64,000 nt of DNA from an uncultured Clostridium sp. (lineage in GTDB: Bacteria > Bacillota > Clostridia > TANB77 > CAG-508). A program made the position numbers and the translations under genes. The notes beneath the pieces are model-generated. The model was not told where the DNA came from. It did not search any database and worked only from the letters and a program-made list of their open reading frames with translations. Numbering within the stretch: the first letter of the stretch is position 1; each line of letters begins with the position of its first letter. This document shows positions 1 to 11,954 of the stretch, in pieces. The stretch is from contig CANAQC010000001.1 in NCBI GenBank assembly GCA_947363765.1, positions 8,250-72,249 of the forward strand, written 5' to 3'.

Positions 1-115
1 TAAAATAAATTTAAAAACAAAAGAAGAAGCAGAAAAATTTTATAAACTGTTAAAAGCATTATTTATATTAGTTAATGAACTTCCCAATTTTTATAATTTT
101 AATACTAGAATAAAT

Positions 116-1534
116 ATGTATGGAACTTTAGAATTTGAATATCAAAAAAAGAAAATTACTTATGATGAACTAATGAATGTATTGGTAAAAGACTATGAAA
201 AAGCAAGACAGAATATAGAACAATTACAAAAACAACAAGAAATATTACAAAAAGAATTAAATGATTACAAATATCAAATTTTAATAAAAGAACAAGAATA
301 TGTAGCAAAAGAACGAATGATTGCAACATATTTAGAATGTAAAAAGACCTTCTTTGGTAAAATAAAATATTTTTTTAAATCTAAAAAATTAAAAAAAGGT
401 AAAAATATTGAAAAACAAACAAATACAGAAGAAGAACAAGAAAAACAAGAAATTAAAAATGTTCAAGAAGTAAAATTTATAGAAAAAGACTATTATACAA
501 TTGAAGACATAATTCATATTTATAAAAATTATGATGATATTTTGCAAATAGTAAAAAAATTACAATTAGATATAGATGCTAACAAAAGAAAAATAGAAAC
601 ACTTACAAAAAAATTAGAAAATGCCACTTTATATTTATCAGAAATAGATAAACATGAAAAAAGCATATTTGAGTTTTGGAAATTTGCAAATAAAGATGAA
701 CAAGCGTTATTAGAAGCACCAAAAGAAGAAATTATACAAAATAACAAATTAGAAAAAGTATTTAATTATAAAGAAGATTTTGAAGAACTTGCTATATTAA
801 TTGATAAAAGTCAAAGAAAAATTCTTACAAAGGAAGATACAGATGCCATTTTTATTTGCACTACTAATTTAATAAAAGTTTTAAATAATTATGAAAATAA
901 AAAAACTTTAGAAGAAAGTTTACAAGACTTAAAAAATGAAGCAGAAAGTGAAAGAATTTTATTTAATAAAGAAGAATTTGATTTGTTTGGAAATGTAGTA
1001 GGTGATAATACAAAAATACAATTATTATCAGGAAAAAGACATAGAGAGTCAAGAAAAAATAAATTAAAAATTTTAGATGTTACAAAAAATTTGAACTTAG
1101 AAGAATATAAAAATAAGATATTAGAAATTTTAAAACAAATTGATGAATTAATACCAAAATTTTCTTCTCCAGTTTCAATTCCAGTTTATTGTACAAAAGA
1201 AGAACTAGAAGAAAATTTGGAGGTTTTTCATATAAAACCAGAAGAAGCAATCTTAGATGAAAATGGATCTAAACAAATTAATTTGTTTAAGTTAAATATA
1301 AAAGAAGAAATGCCAGTAGTTTTTTTTACTAATAATATTTATTATGATAATTATAATAAAACTTTACCACTTGGAATGGATGTTAGTTCAAAATGTTTAA
1401 TAAATTTAAAGAATTACAAATTAACACTTGTCAAAAAAGATAATTTTAGAATAGTGAAAATACAAGAAGAAGTAAAGGTATCAACCACAAAGATAAATAT
1501 ATATGAATATGATATAAGGAAGGAAGAAAAATGA
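116..1534 (+). CDS. hypothetical K/E-rich coiled-coil protein
   Basis: 472-aa intact ORF with a charged, repeat-like composition. No recognisable catalytic motif. Confidence 0.45.
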   Translation: MYGTLEFEYQKKKITYDELMNVLVKDYEKARQNIEQLQKQQEILQKELNDYKYQILIKEQEYVAKERMIATYLECKKTFFGKIKYFFKSKKLKKGKNIEKQTNTEEEQEKQEIKNVQEVKFIEKDYYTIEDIIHIYKNYDDILQIVKKLQLDIDANKRKIETLTKKLENATLYLSEIDKHEKSIFEFWKFANKDEQALLEAPKEEIIQNNKLEKVFNYKEDFEELAILIDKSQRKILTKEDTDAIFICTTNLIKVLNNYENKKTLEESLQDLKNEAESERILFNKEEFDLFGNVVGDNTKIQLLSGKRHRESRKNKLKILDVTKNLNLEEYKNKILEILKQIDELIPKFSSPVSIPVYCTKEELEENLEVFHIKPEEAILDENGSKQINLFKLNIKEEMPVVFFTNNIYYDNYNKTLPLGMDVSSKCLINLKNYKLTLVKKDNFRIVKIQEEVKVSTTKINIYEYDIRKEEK

Positions 1535-2722
1535 TAAAAAGAGCAATTGTAATTGTACTAGATAGCTTTGGAATTGGAGAATTACCAGATGCTGATAAGT
1601 ATGGAGATAAGGGAAGCAATACATTAAGAGGAATTTATAATAATACAAAATTAGAATTACCTAATATGAAGAAATTAGGATTATATAATATACAAGAGAT
1701 TGATATAAATGAAAATAAACAAGCCTTTCCAATTGGAGCATTTGGAAAGGCACAAGAGCAGTCTGTTCGGAAAAAATAGTCCTGTAGGACATTGGGAAAT
1801 GTCTGGATATATACTAAGAAATGGATTTAAAACTTATCCTAATGCATTTCCTAAAAATTTAATACAAGAATTTATAAAAAGCACAAAAGTAGAAAATGTA
1901 TTATGCAATGAAGTAGGATCTGGAACAGAGATTTTAAAGCGTTTTGGAGAAGAACATATAAAAACTGGTTATCCAATAATTTATACATCGGCAGATAGTG
2001 TATTACAAATTGCTGCACATGAAAATATTATTTCTGTTGAAAAACTATATGAAATATGTAAATTAGCAAGGAAAATTGCAGATAAACCAGAATACAATAT
2101 AGGAACTATTATTGCAAGACCGTTTATAGGGGATAATAGAGATAATTTTATAAGAACATATAATAGAAAGGATTTTGAATCTGAAAACTTTGGAAAAACT
2201 ATGTTAGATGTTATAAAACAAAATGGTAAAGAAGTAATTGCAATTGGAAAAATACAAGATTTATTTGCAGGAAGAGGAATGACTAAAATGATTCATACAC
2301 AAGGTAATACAGATGGAATAGAAAAAACAATTGATGAAATAAAGAAAAATACAGAAGGATTAATTTACACAAACTTAGTAGATTTTGACATGCTATATGG
2401 TCATAGAAATAATATAGAAGGATATAAAGAAGCATTAGAATATTTTGATAGCAATTTGCCTAGAATTATGAATTGTATGAAAAATACAGATATATTAATT
2501 ATAACATCAGATCATGGAAATGATCCATCAACACCATCAACAGACCATGACCGTGAGTATGTACCAATATTAGTATATGGGGAGGAAATAAAACAAGGGG
2601 TTGATTTAGGTATACGTTCAAGTTTTGCAGATATTTCTGCTACCATATTAGATTTATTAAATATGAATAAATTAGAGGGAGTATCTTTTAAAAAAGAAAT
2701 TTTAAAGGAAGAAAAATATTAA
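1531..2722 (+). CDS. deoB: phosphopentomutase; frame interrupted by one extra C at 1768 (reads as two ORFs, 1531-1779 and 1709-2722)
   Basis: N-terminus '[14 protein letters not shown]' and C-terminus '[22 protein letters not shown]' are typical of DeoB. Deleting C1768 gives a continuous '[14 protein letters not shown]'. Confidence 0.85.
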
Positions 2723-2780
2723 TAAGGAAACTAATAAAATGAGTAAAAAACTTGTTCATTTATCATTTATATGATAATAT

Positions 2781-2821
2781 ATAAATCGTATTATGCATAA
2801 AGTTATAATACGATTTATTTT
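2781..2821 (+). terminator. perfect 14-bp inverted repeat (ATAAATCGTATTAT / ATAATACGATTTAT) with a 10-nt loop and T-rich tail, downstream of deoB
   Basis: Seen directly. The stem is AT-rich, so this could be an intrinsic terminator or an operator. Confidence 0.4.
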
Positions 2822-2848
2822 ATATGATAGATGAATAATGATTAAAGG

Positions 2849-4807
2849 GTGAATGAAAATATGAAGACAAAGTTAGAAGAAGATAGTGTAAAGAAAAAAG
2901 AAGATATATCAACACAAGAAAAAGTATCTAAAAAAAAGAAAAAACAAAACACAAAAAATATAGTAGAGAAAGAAAAAAATATAGAACCTAAAATAGAACA
3001 AGATAATCAAGAAGAAAAAAATATTAATAAACCTAAAAAACATAAAACTACTATAAAACAAGTAGAAAAAATAGACATTAATCAAAAAAAATCAAATAAA
3101 CCTAAAGAAGTAATCCATGAAGAAGAAAAAAATAAAGAAAAAAATGTAGAAAAGGATAATAATTACAATAACAATGAAAAATTAGAAACAAATAATATTA
3201 AATTAGAAGAAGAAAAAAGTGAAGAAAATGATGAAAGTGAAGATATTAGTAAACCTAAAATGGATGGTCTTCATAAATATACAATTATAATTGTTATAAT
3301 ATCTACTATTTTTTTAATAGCTCTTTGTGTATTTTCTACTATTTTTGCACTAGTAAATAAATCAAGCGATAAAATTATTAAAGGGATATTTATTAATGGT
3401 ATTGAAGTAGGAGGACTAACAAAACAAGAAGCTACCAGTAAAATTAATGAAATATTTATAAACAAATCCAAACAAAATATTATATTAAAATATAATGATT
3501 ATGAAACATCTATTTCACCAGAACAAATTGAAATGAATTTTGGAATAAATGAATCTATTGATATGGCATATAATGTTGGAAGAACAGGCAAACTACTAAA
3601 AGATAACTATACAATAATAAATGCAAATATATCTAAATTAGATGTAAAGCCATCATATGGTTATAATAAAGAGGTTTTAGAAGAATTTATTAATCAAACA
3701 GAAGGAAATTTGCCAGATGTTGTAAAACAAAGTAATTATTGGATAGATGGAAACAAACTATTTATTTCAAAAGGACAAAAGGGTATTACAATACAAAAAG
3801 AGGAACTAAAAAAGCAAATAGTAGAAGCTAGTATACAAACTAATTCAGATACTATAATAATTGAAATACCAATAATTGAAAAACAACCAGATGCAATTGA
3901 TATAGAAAAAATATATAATGAAATATATAAAAAGCCAAAAGATGCGTATTATACACAAAATCCGTTTACAATATATCCACATGAAGATGGTATAGACTTT
4001 GGAATTACTATGGAGGAGGCAAAAGGATTATTAAATAATAATGAGACAGAAATTACCATCCCTTTAAAAATTACAAAACCTAATAAAACTACTAATCAAA
4101 TTGGGACAGAAGCATTTCCAGACTTACTTGCAACATATTCAACCACTTTTTCTACAAAAAATGTAAATAGAACAACCAATATTAGACTTGCTTCTAATAA
4201 AGTTAATGGAGTAGTACTGTTACCGCAAGAACAATTTTCATATAACAAGGTTGTTGGGCAAAGAACACAAGCAGCAGGTTATAAAACAGCAGCAGTATAT
4301 GTAGGAGGAAAAGTAGAAGAAGGAATTGGTGGTGGAATTTGCCAAGTATCATCTACACTATATAATACTGCACTAAGAGCAAATTTAGAAATTGTAAAAC
4401 GTTATAATCATCGTTTTGCAACAGGATATGTTCCATTAAGTACAGATGCAACTGTATCTTGGGGGGGGCCTGAATTCATATTTAAAAACTCAAGAAAATA
4501 TCCAATAAAAATAGTATCAACAGTAAATGGAGGAAAAATTACTATTAGTATATATGGACATAAACAGGAAAATGAATATGAAGTAGTAATTCAATCACAA
4601 ACTTTACAAACTATTCCAATGCAAACTATATATAAAACTAATGATTCACTTCCAAAAGGTACAACCAAAACAGTACAAAAAGGACATGGTGGATATAAAT
4701 CAAGAGCATATAGAATTTTAAAACAAAATGGTACAGTTATTTCAAAACAATTGTTATCAACAGATACATATGCACAATTGCCAACAATTATAGAACAAAA
4801 TCCATAA
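2849..4807 (+). CDS. VanW-family protein with low-complexity K/E-rich N-terminus, one TM segment and C-terminal G5-like domain
   Basis: 'GGGICQVSSTLYN' VanW signature and a 'KGTTKTVQKGHGGYK' G5-like segment. Confidence 0.7.
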   Translation: MNENMKTKLEEDSVKKKEDISTQEKVSKKKKKQNTKNIVEKEKNIEPKIEQDNQEEKNINKPKKHKTTIKQVEKIDINQKKSNKPKEVIHEEEKNKEKNVEKDNNYNNNEKLETNNIKLEEEKSEENDESEDISKPKMDGLHKYTIIIVIISTIFLIALCVFSTIFALVNKSSDKIIKGIFINGIEVGGLTKQEATSKINEIFINKSKQNIILKYNDYETSISPEQIEMNFGINESIDMAYNVGRTGKLLKDNYTIINANISKLDVKPSYGYNKEVLEEFINQTEGNLPDVVKQSNYWIDGNKLFISKGQKGITIQKEELKKQIVEASIQTNSDTIIIEIPIIEKQPDAIDIEKIYNEIYKKPKDAYYTQNPFTIYPHEDGIDFGITMEEAKGLLNNNETEITIPLKITKPNKTTNQIGTEAFPDLLATYSTTFSTKNVNRTTNIRLASNKVNGVVLLPQEQFSYNKVVGQRTQAAGYKTAAVYVGGKVEEGIGGGICQVSSTLYNTALRANLEIVKRYNHRFATGYVPLSTDATVSWGGPEFIFKNSRKYPIKIVSTVNGGKITISIYGHKQENEYEVVIQSQTLQTIPMQTIYKTNDSLPKGTTKTVQKGHGGYKSRAYRILKQNGTVISKQLLSTDTYAQLPTIIEQNP

Positions 4808-4843
4808 GATATAAATGTAAATACATTAGAAAAGGAGAATATT

Positions 4844-5539
4844 ATGAATTGGGAAGAAAATATAAAACAAAAATCACTATGGAATGGAGAAATTAGTAAT
4901 TTAGAAGAAAAAGAGAAAATTGCTGAAAAATTGGCTAGAAAAGTAAAAGATGGAGATGTAATAGGTGTTGGTTCTGGTTCTACATCTTTTGTTGCTACTA
5001 AAGCAATTGCTAAAAAAATAAAAGAAGAAAAATTAAATATTACTGCAATACCAACATCATATGAAGTAAAATTATTATGTGAAAATCTTGGAATACCAAC
5101 TACAACACTTATGGTAAAAAAGCCAGACTGGTCTTATGATGGTGCAGATGAAGTAGCACCTAATAATTGGCTTGTAAAAGGTAGAGGAGGAGCAATGTAT
5201 AAAGAAAAATTAAACATTGCTTCAAGTCCTATAACATATATTTTAGTAGATGATTCTAAAATGGTAGAACATATTTGTGATAAATTTCCAATTCCAATCG
5301 AAGTAGCTCCAGAAGCAGTTAATTTTGTAAGACAAGCTTTAATACAAATGGGTGCAGAGAAAGTTAGTTTAAGACTTGCAAAAGGTAAAGATGGCCCAGT
5401 TATTACAGAAAGTAATAATATAATACTAGATGCTATTTTTAAGAATGTAACAAAAAACTTAGAAAAAGAGTTAAAATCAATTGTAGGTGTAGTAGAGACA
5501 GGATTATTTATAGGATATTCTGTAGTAATAGAAAGATAA
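4844..5539 (+). CDS. rpiA: ribose-5-phosphate isomerase A
   Basis: 'GVGSGSTS', 'DGADE' and 'KGRGGA' motifs; 231 aa. Confidence 0.85.
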   Translation: MNWEENIKQKSLWNGEISNLEEKEKIAEKLARKVKDGDVIGVGSGSTSFVATKAIAKKIKEEKLNITAIPTSYEVKLLCENLGIPTTTLMVKKPDWSYDGADEVAPNNWLVKGRGGAMYKEKLNIASSPITYILVDDSKMVEHICDKFPIPIEVAPEAVNFVRQALIQMGAEKVSLRLAKGKDGPVITESNNIILDAIFKNVTKNLEKELKSIVGVVETGLFIGYSVVIER

Positions 5540-5593
5540 TTTTTAAAATTATAACTTAAAAAAACATAAAAATATTAGGAGGACAAGCAAAAA

Positions 5594-6604
5594 ATGGATG
5601 AAAATAGTATTATTAGTCCAGAATTAGAAGATGCCCAAGAAGAAAGACTAGAAAATTCACTACGACCAAAGACACTTTCAGAATATATTGGACAAGATAA
5701 AGTAAAAGAAAGTATGAAGATTTATATAGAGGCTGCTAAAAAAAGAGGTGAGCCTCTTGATCATGTTTTATTATATGGACCACCAGGTCTTGGAAAAACT
5801 ACTTTATCAAATATTATTTCTAATGAAATGAACTCTAACATAAAAATAACATCTGGTCCTGCTATAGAAAAACCAGGAGATTTAGCAGCATTATTAACTA
5901 ATCTGTCAGAATTTGATGTGTTGTTTATTGATGAAATACATAGATTAAATAAAAGTGTAGAAGAAATTTTATATCCAGCTTTAGAGGACTATACTTTAGA
6001 TATTATTATAGGAAAAGGACCTAGTGCAAGGTCAATTAGATTAGATTTACCTAAATTTACTCTAATTGGTGCAACTACAAAAGCAGGTTCATTAACTACA
6101 CCACTTCGTGACCGTTTTGGAATTGTTAATCGTTTAGAATTATATACACCTGAACAATTAAATCAAATTGTAAAAAGATCTGCTAGTATTTTAGGAATTG
6201 AAATTGATAATGAAGCAGCTTTAGAAATAGCTAGACGTTCCCGTGGAACTCCAAGAATTGCAAACAGAATTTTAAAAAGAGTACGTGATTATGCATCAGT
6301 TTTAGGAGATGGAGATATTTCTTTAAAAATTTCCCAAATTGCATTAAATAAATTAGAAATAGATGAGTTAGGACTTGATGAAACAGATAGAAAAATATTA
6401 GAAACAATTATATTAAAATATAAAGGTGGACCAGTTGGACTAGAAACACTATCTGCAACAATTGGAGAAGAAGTAGAAACAATTGAAGATGTGTATGAAC
6501 CATATTTAATGCAAATTGGATTTCTATCACGTACACCAAGAGGAAGAATGGCAATGTTAGATGCTTATAAACATTTAGGGCTTAAATTTGAAAATGAGGA
6601 ATAA
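5594..6604 (+). CDS. ruvB: Holliday junction branch migration helicase RuvB
   Basis: '[13 protein letters not shown]', 'IDEIHRL' and 'IGATT' motifs; 336 aa. Confidence 0.95.
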   Translation: MDENSIISPELEDAQEERLENSLRPKTLSEYIGQDKVKESMKIYIEAAKKRGEPLDHVLLYGPPGLGKTTLSNIISNEMNSNIKITSGPAIEKPGDLAALLTNLSEFDVLFIDEIHRLNKSVEEILYPALEDYTLDIIIGKGPSARSIRLDLPKFTLIGATTKAGSLTTPLRDRFGIVNRLELYTPEQLNQIVKRSASILGIEIDNEAALEIARRSRGTPRIANRILKRVRDYASVLGDGDISLKISQIALNKLEIDELGLDETDRKILETIILKYKGGPVGLETLSATIGEEVETIEDVYEPYLMQIGFLSRTPRGRMAMLDAYKHLGLKFENEE

Positions 6605-6606
6605 AT

Positions 6607-8457
6607 ATGGGGATTTTTTATACTATTTCAATAGTTATTTTATTAATTGTATATTTATTATTAAAAAAAACAGATAAAAAGTTAGATATAATAGGACAAA
6701 TTGGATTTGGGATTGTATTATTATTCTGCTATAATATATTTATTTGTTATTTAATGACTTTTTTTGTTATACCAATTACTTTATTATTTTTAAGTGTAAT
6801 AAACATAATATTATCACTTTTAATAAGTATATGGATATATAAGAAAAAAGAAACTCAAAAATATAAATTAGAAAAAGTAGATTTTCTATATATTACTTTA
6901 TTAGGAATAATAACACTTATTGTTTCATATTTAAATTTCGGATTTCCATTTCAAATTAAATATGAAACAGGAGATCCATCAGTCCATTATTTAACATCTG
7001 AAATGTTTGCAGAAGGAACTTCATTACTTGCAAATAGCCAAAAAGATGAAGTATATGGTTCATTTGTTTCTAGGAAACCTGCATCTTATGTAAATTCAGG
7101 ATTAATTATGAAATGTTTTGAAGGAATTATAGACTCTTTCGATTATTATAAAATTTTTATTAGTTTTGGAATTTTTATATTATTTCTTACATCATGGATA
7201 ATGTACAGTTTACTAGCGAATTTTACTAAAACAAAAAAAACAAGATTACTAGCATTTTTAGTATCAGTTCTTTATACAATGGGTTATCCATTAAATAGCT
7301 TTGTTTTTGGATTTGAATATTTAAGTATGGGAATTCTAGTATTACAATCAATTTTACAAGCAGTTAATCAATATGAAAAAGAAGAATATAAATATACTTT
7401 AAATATAGTTATTTTCTTTTTATTAAATTTTGGTTTATTTACATCATATTATATGTTTGTACCATATACATATAGTGCTTTGTGGATTTATTTTTGTATA
7501 AATGAATATAAAAGTAAAAAGAAATTATTAACAAAACAATTAATTGGTATTTTATGTATTACATTAATAATGCCTTTTATATTAGGATATATTTATCATT
7601 TAGCACCAGAAATCTATGGTATTTTTATTAGACAGAGTCTATCTAAAGATAAAATTATGGAACTTTCTACATATATTTTAAATGAAGGACTTTCTCAAAG
7701 AGGATATATTTATATTAATTTCTTTTCTAATATAATTTTATTATTACCATTTTCTATAATAGCAATAATAAAAGGATGGAAAGAAAACAAACTAGTTTCA
7801 ATTATGACATTATTTAATATTTCTTTTATTATTATTTTAATGATGGGTTTCTTGTGTGGAAAAGTATCAACATATTATATAAGTAAAAATTATTTTGCTT
7901 TATGGCTATTTTTATATTACTTAAACTTTAAAGGATTTCTGTTAATCTATGAAAAAAGAGAAAATATACCATTTATTTGTATAAGTGCCTATTTAGTATT
8001 AATTGTTTTAAATTTATTATTTATAAAAGTGAAACTAACTCATAATGATATAAATGTTAATGAAAACATGAAAGCAATAGTAGATATTTATGGAGCAAAT
8101 AAAACTATTTTAATGGATAAACCAATTGATTTGAACAAAGGAGAACTTGATATTTTAAGATATGTAAAAGATAACATAAATGAAGATAAAAAGATAGAAT
8201 TTGCAGGAGAACCAGAACAAGGGTATTGGGCATATTCAATTTTAAGAAGATTAAATGATGATGATAAAAGAACAGGAGAAGCAAAACTAACTTTTAAGAT
8301 GATATATGTTGGGGAAAGAGCAAATAAAGTAGATTATGTAGTATACTTTAATAGAGGTTATTTTTATAAATACTGGAAAGACAAGCTATGGGAAAATGCA
8401 GAAGTTATTTATGAAAATGCAGATGGAGGAATTTTACAATATATGGGGAGAAATTAA
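6607..8457 (+). CDS. polytopic membrane protein with C-terminal soluble domain, putative GT-C-type glycosyltransferase / polymerase; paralog of 11955-13757
   Basis: Many predicted TM helices and N-terminal similarity to ORF 11955-13757. Sits in the glycosylation locus. Confidence 0.5.
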   Translation: MGIFYTISIVILLIVYLLLKKTDKKLDIIGQIGFGIVLLFCYNIFICYLMTFFVIPITLLFLSVINIILSLLISIWIYKKKETQKYKLEKVDFLYITLLGIITLIVSYLNFGFPFQIKYETGDPSVHYLTSEMFAEGTSLLANSQKDEVYGSFVSRKPASYVNSGLIMKCFEGIIDSFDYYKIFISFGIFILFLTSWIMYSLLANFTKTKKTRLLAFLVSVLYTMGYPLNSFVFGFEYLSMGILVLQSILQAVNQYEKEEYKYTLNIVIFFLLNFGLFTSYYMFVPYTYSALWIYFCINEYKSKKKLLTKQLIGILCITLIMPFILGYIYHLAPEIYGIFIRQSLSKDKIMELSTYILNEGLSQRGYIYINFFSNIILLLPFSIIAIIKGWKENKLVSIMTLFNISFIIILMMGFLCGKVSTYYISKNYFALWLFLYYLNFKGFLLIYEKRENIPFICISAYLVLIVLNLLFIKVKLTHNDINVNENMKAIVDIYGANKTILMDKPIDLNKGELDILRYVKDNINEDKKIEFAGEPEQGYWAYSILRRLNDDDKRTGEAKLTFKMIYVGERANKVDYVVYFNRGYFYKYWKDKLWENAEVIYENADGGILQYMGRN

Positions 8458-8462
8458 GAGAT

Positions 8463-9180
8463 ATGAAAACATTAATTGTAATGCCAGCACATAATGAAGA
8501 ACAAAATATAGGGGAAGTTATAGACAAAATTAATAAAGATATACCAGAAGTTGATTTATTAGTAGTAAATGATGCTTCAATAGATAAAACAGAAGAAATA
8601 GTAAGAAAAAAAGGAATTAGATGTATTAACTTACCTTTTAATTTAGGATATTCTATAGCTGTACAAACGGGTATTAAATATGCAAATGAATACAAATATG
8701 ATTATGTAATTCAAATGGATGCAGATGGTCAACATATACCAAAAGAAGCAAAAAAATTATTAGAATATATGTGCAAAAATCCAAAAACAGATATTATTAT
8801 TGGCTCTCGTTTTTTAGCAAATACTAATTATAAGCATAGTACAATGAGAAAAATTGGTACAAAAATTTTATCTCGGATTAATATTTTTAATTTGTAATAA
8901 AACAATTAAAGATCCTACTTCTGGTTTCCAATGTATTAATCAAAAAACGATTTGCCGTTTTGCAAAAATGGGAAATTACCCAGAATTTCCAGATGCTAAT
9001 CTAATTATTGAATTATTATTAGATGGATTTGAGATTCATGAAATTTCAGTTAGTATGCAAGAAAGAAAATATGGTAAAAGTATGCATAAAGGAATTATAG
9101 GACCTATAAAATATGGAATTAAAGTCTTTTATAACATTATAATTATTTTACTTAGAAATTTATTTAGAAAGAAGAAATAA
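8463..9180 (+). CDS. GT2 glycosyltransferase (polyprenyl-phosphate sugar synthase, GtrB/CsbB-like); interrupted by one extra C at 8874
   Basis: 'VVNDASID' and 'QMDADGQH' DxD motifs. Deleting C8874 joins '..ILSGLIFLICNKTIKDPTSGFQC..'. Confidence 0.8.
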
Positions 9181-9183
9181 AAT

Positions 9184-9528
9184 ATGAATATATTATTTGT
9201 TTTAATTGGAATTATTTTAATTATATATATTATAAAATCTGTATTAGATAAAACATTTGATATTTATGAAAGTATATTTTGGATTATAGCAGGAATTGGT
9301 ATTATATTACTTGCTATGTTTCCAAAGGCTTTAGATACTATTAGCTTTAAGATAGGAATTAATTATTCTCCATCTTTAGTATTTTTATTGGGGATATCAT
9401 TTTTATTAGTTATTAATTTTAAGCATAGTAAATTACTTGCAAATGAAAAACAAAAGACAATAGAACTATTACAAGAATTATTAATTTTAAAAGAAAAAGT
9501 AAAGGAAATAGAAAATAAGCATGATTAA
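9184..9528 (+). CDS. small membrane protein, DUF2304-like (commonly partnered with GT2)
   Basis: 114 aa with 3 TM segments and a charged tail, immediately downstream of the GT2 gene. Confidence 0.5.
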   Translation: MNILFVLIGIILIIYIIKSVLDKTFDIYESIFWIIAGIGIILLAMFPKALDTISFKIGINYSPSLVFLLGISFLLVINFKHSKLLANEKQKTIELLQELLILKEKVKEIENKHD

Positions 9529-10744
9529 GGATAAAACCATTTTTCGAAATTTTATATGGAATACTATAGGAAGCACTTTTGCATCATTTAATTCATTGTT
9601 TTTTTTAATTATAATTACAAGAATAAATGGATTAGAAAATGCAGGTATTTTTTCTATTTGTGTAACAACAGCATTTTTATTATATATTTTTGCTATCTAT
9701 TCAGGAAGAACATGCCATATAACAGATATAGAAAATAAAATTAAAGACAAAGACTATATAGTTAGTAGAATATTTAATTGTATTTTTATGATGATTGTTA
9801 CTCTTTTATATATAATAATTAATAATTATGATACATATCAGTCTAAAATTTTATTTTTCTTATGCCTATGGAAGGCACAAGAAGCATTTGGAGATGTTTT
9901 TTATGGGATTTTACAAAAAAGAGGTAAATTATATATAGTAGGACAATCTCTTGTTTTAAAATCCATTTTAGGTATAGTTTTATTTGGCTTAATAGATTAT
10001 TTTACAAATAATTTGATTTTATCATGTAGTATACTACCAATAGTTAGTATAGGTATATTAATTTTATTTGATTATCCAAAAGCCAATAAAGAAATGATAA
10101 AAGAAGAAAAAGTAACCATGAAAAATGTTTTGCTAATTTACAAAAAAGAATTTTTCTTGTTTGCAAGTGCTTTTTTGACAATGTATTTATTAAATGCTCC
10201 TAAATATGCAATTGAAAATTATTTAACAAATGAAATTCAAGGAATTTATGCTATAATTTTAATGCCAGCAAGTATATTACCATTATTTGCCCAATTTGTA
10301 AGTGCTCCTATGATGAATGACTTAACAAAATATTATAAACAAAAGGAATATAGTAAAATGAAACAAATTGAATATAAATTAGGAGGCTATATACTAAGCT
10401 TTGGCTTTTTTGCAATGTTTCTTGCTTATATTATTGGGATACCTATATTAAAATTAATATATAAAATTGATTTGTCAGGATATAATTTAACACTAGTATT
10501 AATTATATTTGCATATATTATATATGCTTTAGGTTATATAAAAACACTTATTTTAACGATTTATAGAAAAATAAAAGAACAATTTATTATATATTTAGTT
10601 AGTTCCATTTTTATGTATATTTTATCAAATGTTCTTATAAAGAGATTTGGAGAAAAAGGGATTATACCAACATACTTGACTATAATGAGTATATCTTATA
10701 TTATGTTTAATATATGTACTAGATATAAATATAAAAAAAATTAG
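9521..10744 (+). CDS. polysaccharide-biosynthesis / flippase-like multi-TM protein
   Basis: 407 aa with about 12 predicted TM helices, located in the glycosylation locus. Confidence 0.5.
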   Translation: MIKDKTIFRNFIWNTIGSTFASFNSLFFLIIITRINGLENAGIFSICVTTAFLLYIFAIYSGRTCHITDIENKIKDKDYIVSRIFNCIFMMIVTLLYIIINNYDTYQSKILFFLCLWKAQEAFGDVFYGILQKRGKLYIVGQSLVLKSILGIVLFGLIDYFTNNLILSCSILPIVSIGILILFDYPKANKEMIKEEKVTMKNVLLIYKKEFFLFASAFLTMYLLNAPKYAIENYLTNEIQGIYAIILMPASILPLFAQFVSAPMMNDLTKYYKQKEYSKMKQIEYKLGGYILSFGFFAMFLAYIIGIPILKLIYKIDLSGYNLTLVLIIFAYIIYALGYIKTLILTIYRKIKEQFIIYLVSSIFMYILSNVLIKRFGEKGIIPTYLTIMSISYIMFNICTRYKYKKN

Positions 10745-10822
10745 AGAAGGGGAAAAAGTTAATTTAGAGATTATATTAAGATTGGCGTTTTTATTTTAAA
10801 TAATATAAAAAGGAGGAAAAGC

Positions 10823-11944
10823 TTGAAAAAAATTGCTATTTTTACAGGATATTATTTACCACATACAGGAGGGGTAGAAAACTATACTTTTAATATTGCA
10901 AAAGAATTTGTAAATGAAGGAAATAAAGTTTTTATTATTACTAGCAGATATGAAGATACTCTACCAGAAATAGAACAAAAGGAAGGAATTACAATTTATA
11001 GGCTTCCTACTTATTCATTATTTGTAAAACGTCATCCAATTATTAAATTTAATAAAGGAAAAAGGGAACTTATAAAAAAATTACAAAATGAGAAGATTGA
11101 TTTTGTTATTTTGCAGACAAGATTTTGGCTAACAACAGTAATTGGAGGAAAATTTGCTAAAAAAAATGGAATTTCAAGAATTTTAATTGAACATGGAACA
11201 TCCCATTTTACAGTACACAATAAAATATTAGATTTTTTTGGAAGAATATATGAACATATACTAACAAGTTATGTAAAAAGATTGGTAAAAGATTATTATG
11301 GTGTTTCAGAACAATGTAATAAATGGCTTAAACATTTTAATATGAATGCAAAAGGGATATTATATAATTCAATTAATATAAATGAATATGAAAAATATAA
11401 AAATGAAAAATATGAACTTCCAATAAAAAAACAAACTACTAAAATTCTGTTTGTTGGTAGAATGATTAAAGATAAAGGGATTATAGAATTAATTGAAAGT
11501 TATAAAGAACTAAAAAAAGTATATCCATTAACATTAATACTTGCAGGAAATGGTCCATTACTAGAAAGTTTAAAAAAAGAAAATCCAGATTGTATTTTTA
11601 CAGATAATTTAAAACATCCTGATATTATGAGATTATATAATAGTGTAGATATATTTATAAATCCTTCCTATTCAGAAGGACTTCCAACTACTGTTTTAGA
11701 AGCAGGACTTATGAAATGTAAAATTATTGCGACTGATGTTGGAGGAACTTCAGAAATAATAGAACATAAAAAAGAAGGAATTTTATGCAAACCAACAACA
11801 AAATCTATAAAAGAAGCAATAAAAACCATGTTAGAAGATAAATCTTATAATCAATATGGAGATAATGCACATAAAAAGATAATACAAAAATTTGATATAA
11901 AGAAAAATGCAAAAAATATATTAGAAATGATGAAATATAAGTAA
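10823..11944 (+). CDS. GT4 (group 1) glycosyltransferase, TTG start
   Basis: 'FINPSYSEGLPTTVLEAG' GT4 signature and an RBS AAAGGAGGA upstream. Confidence 0.8.
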   Translation: MKKIAIFTGYYLPHTGGVENYTFNIAKEFVNEGNKVFIITSRYEDTLPEIEQKEGITIYRLPTYSLFVKRHPIIKFNKGKRELIKKLQNEKIDFVILQTRFWLTTVIGGKFAKKNGISRILIEHGTSHFTVHNKILDFFGRIYEHILTSYVKRLVKDYYGVSEQCNKWLKHFNMNAKGILYNSININEYEKYKNEKYELPIKKQTTKILFVGRMIKDKGIIELIESYKELKKVYPLTLILAGNGPLLESLKKENPDCIFTDNLKHPDIMRLYNSVDIFINPSYSEGLPTTVLEAGLMKCKIIATDVGGTSEIIEHKKEGILCKPTTKSIKEAIKTMLEDKSYNQYGDNAHKKIIQKFDIKKNAKNILEMMKYK

Positions 11945-11954
11945 GGAGAAATAA

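Noticed and set aside
4461-4468. Run of eight G's inside the VanW-family gene.
   Set aside because: Frame is intact across it (W-G-G-P), so there is no evidence of a homopolymer indel or slippage site.
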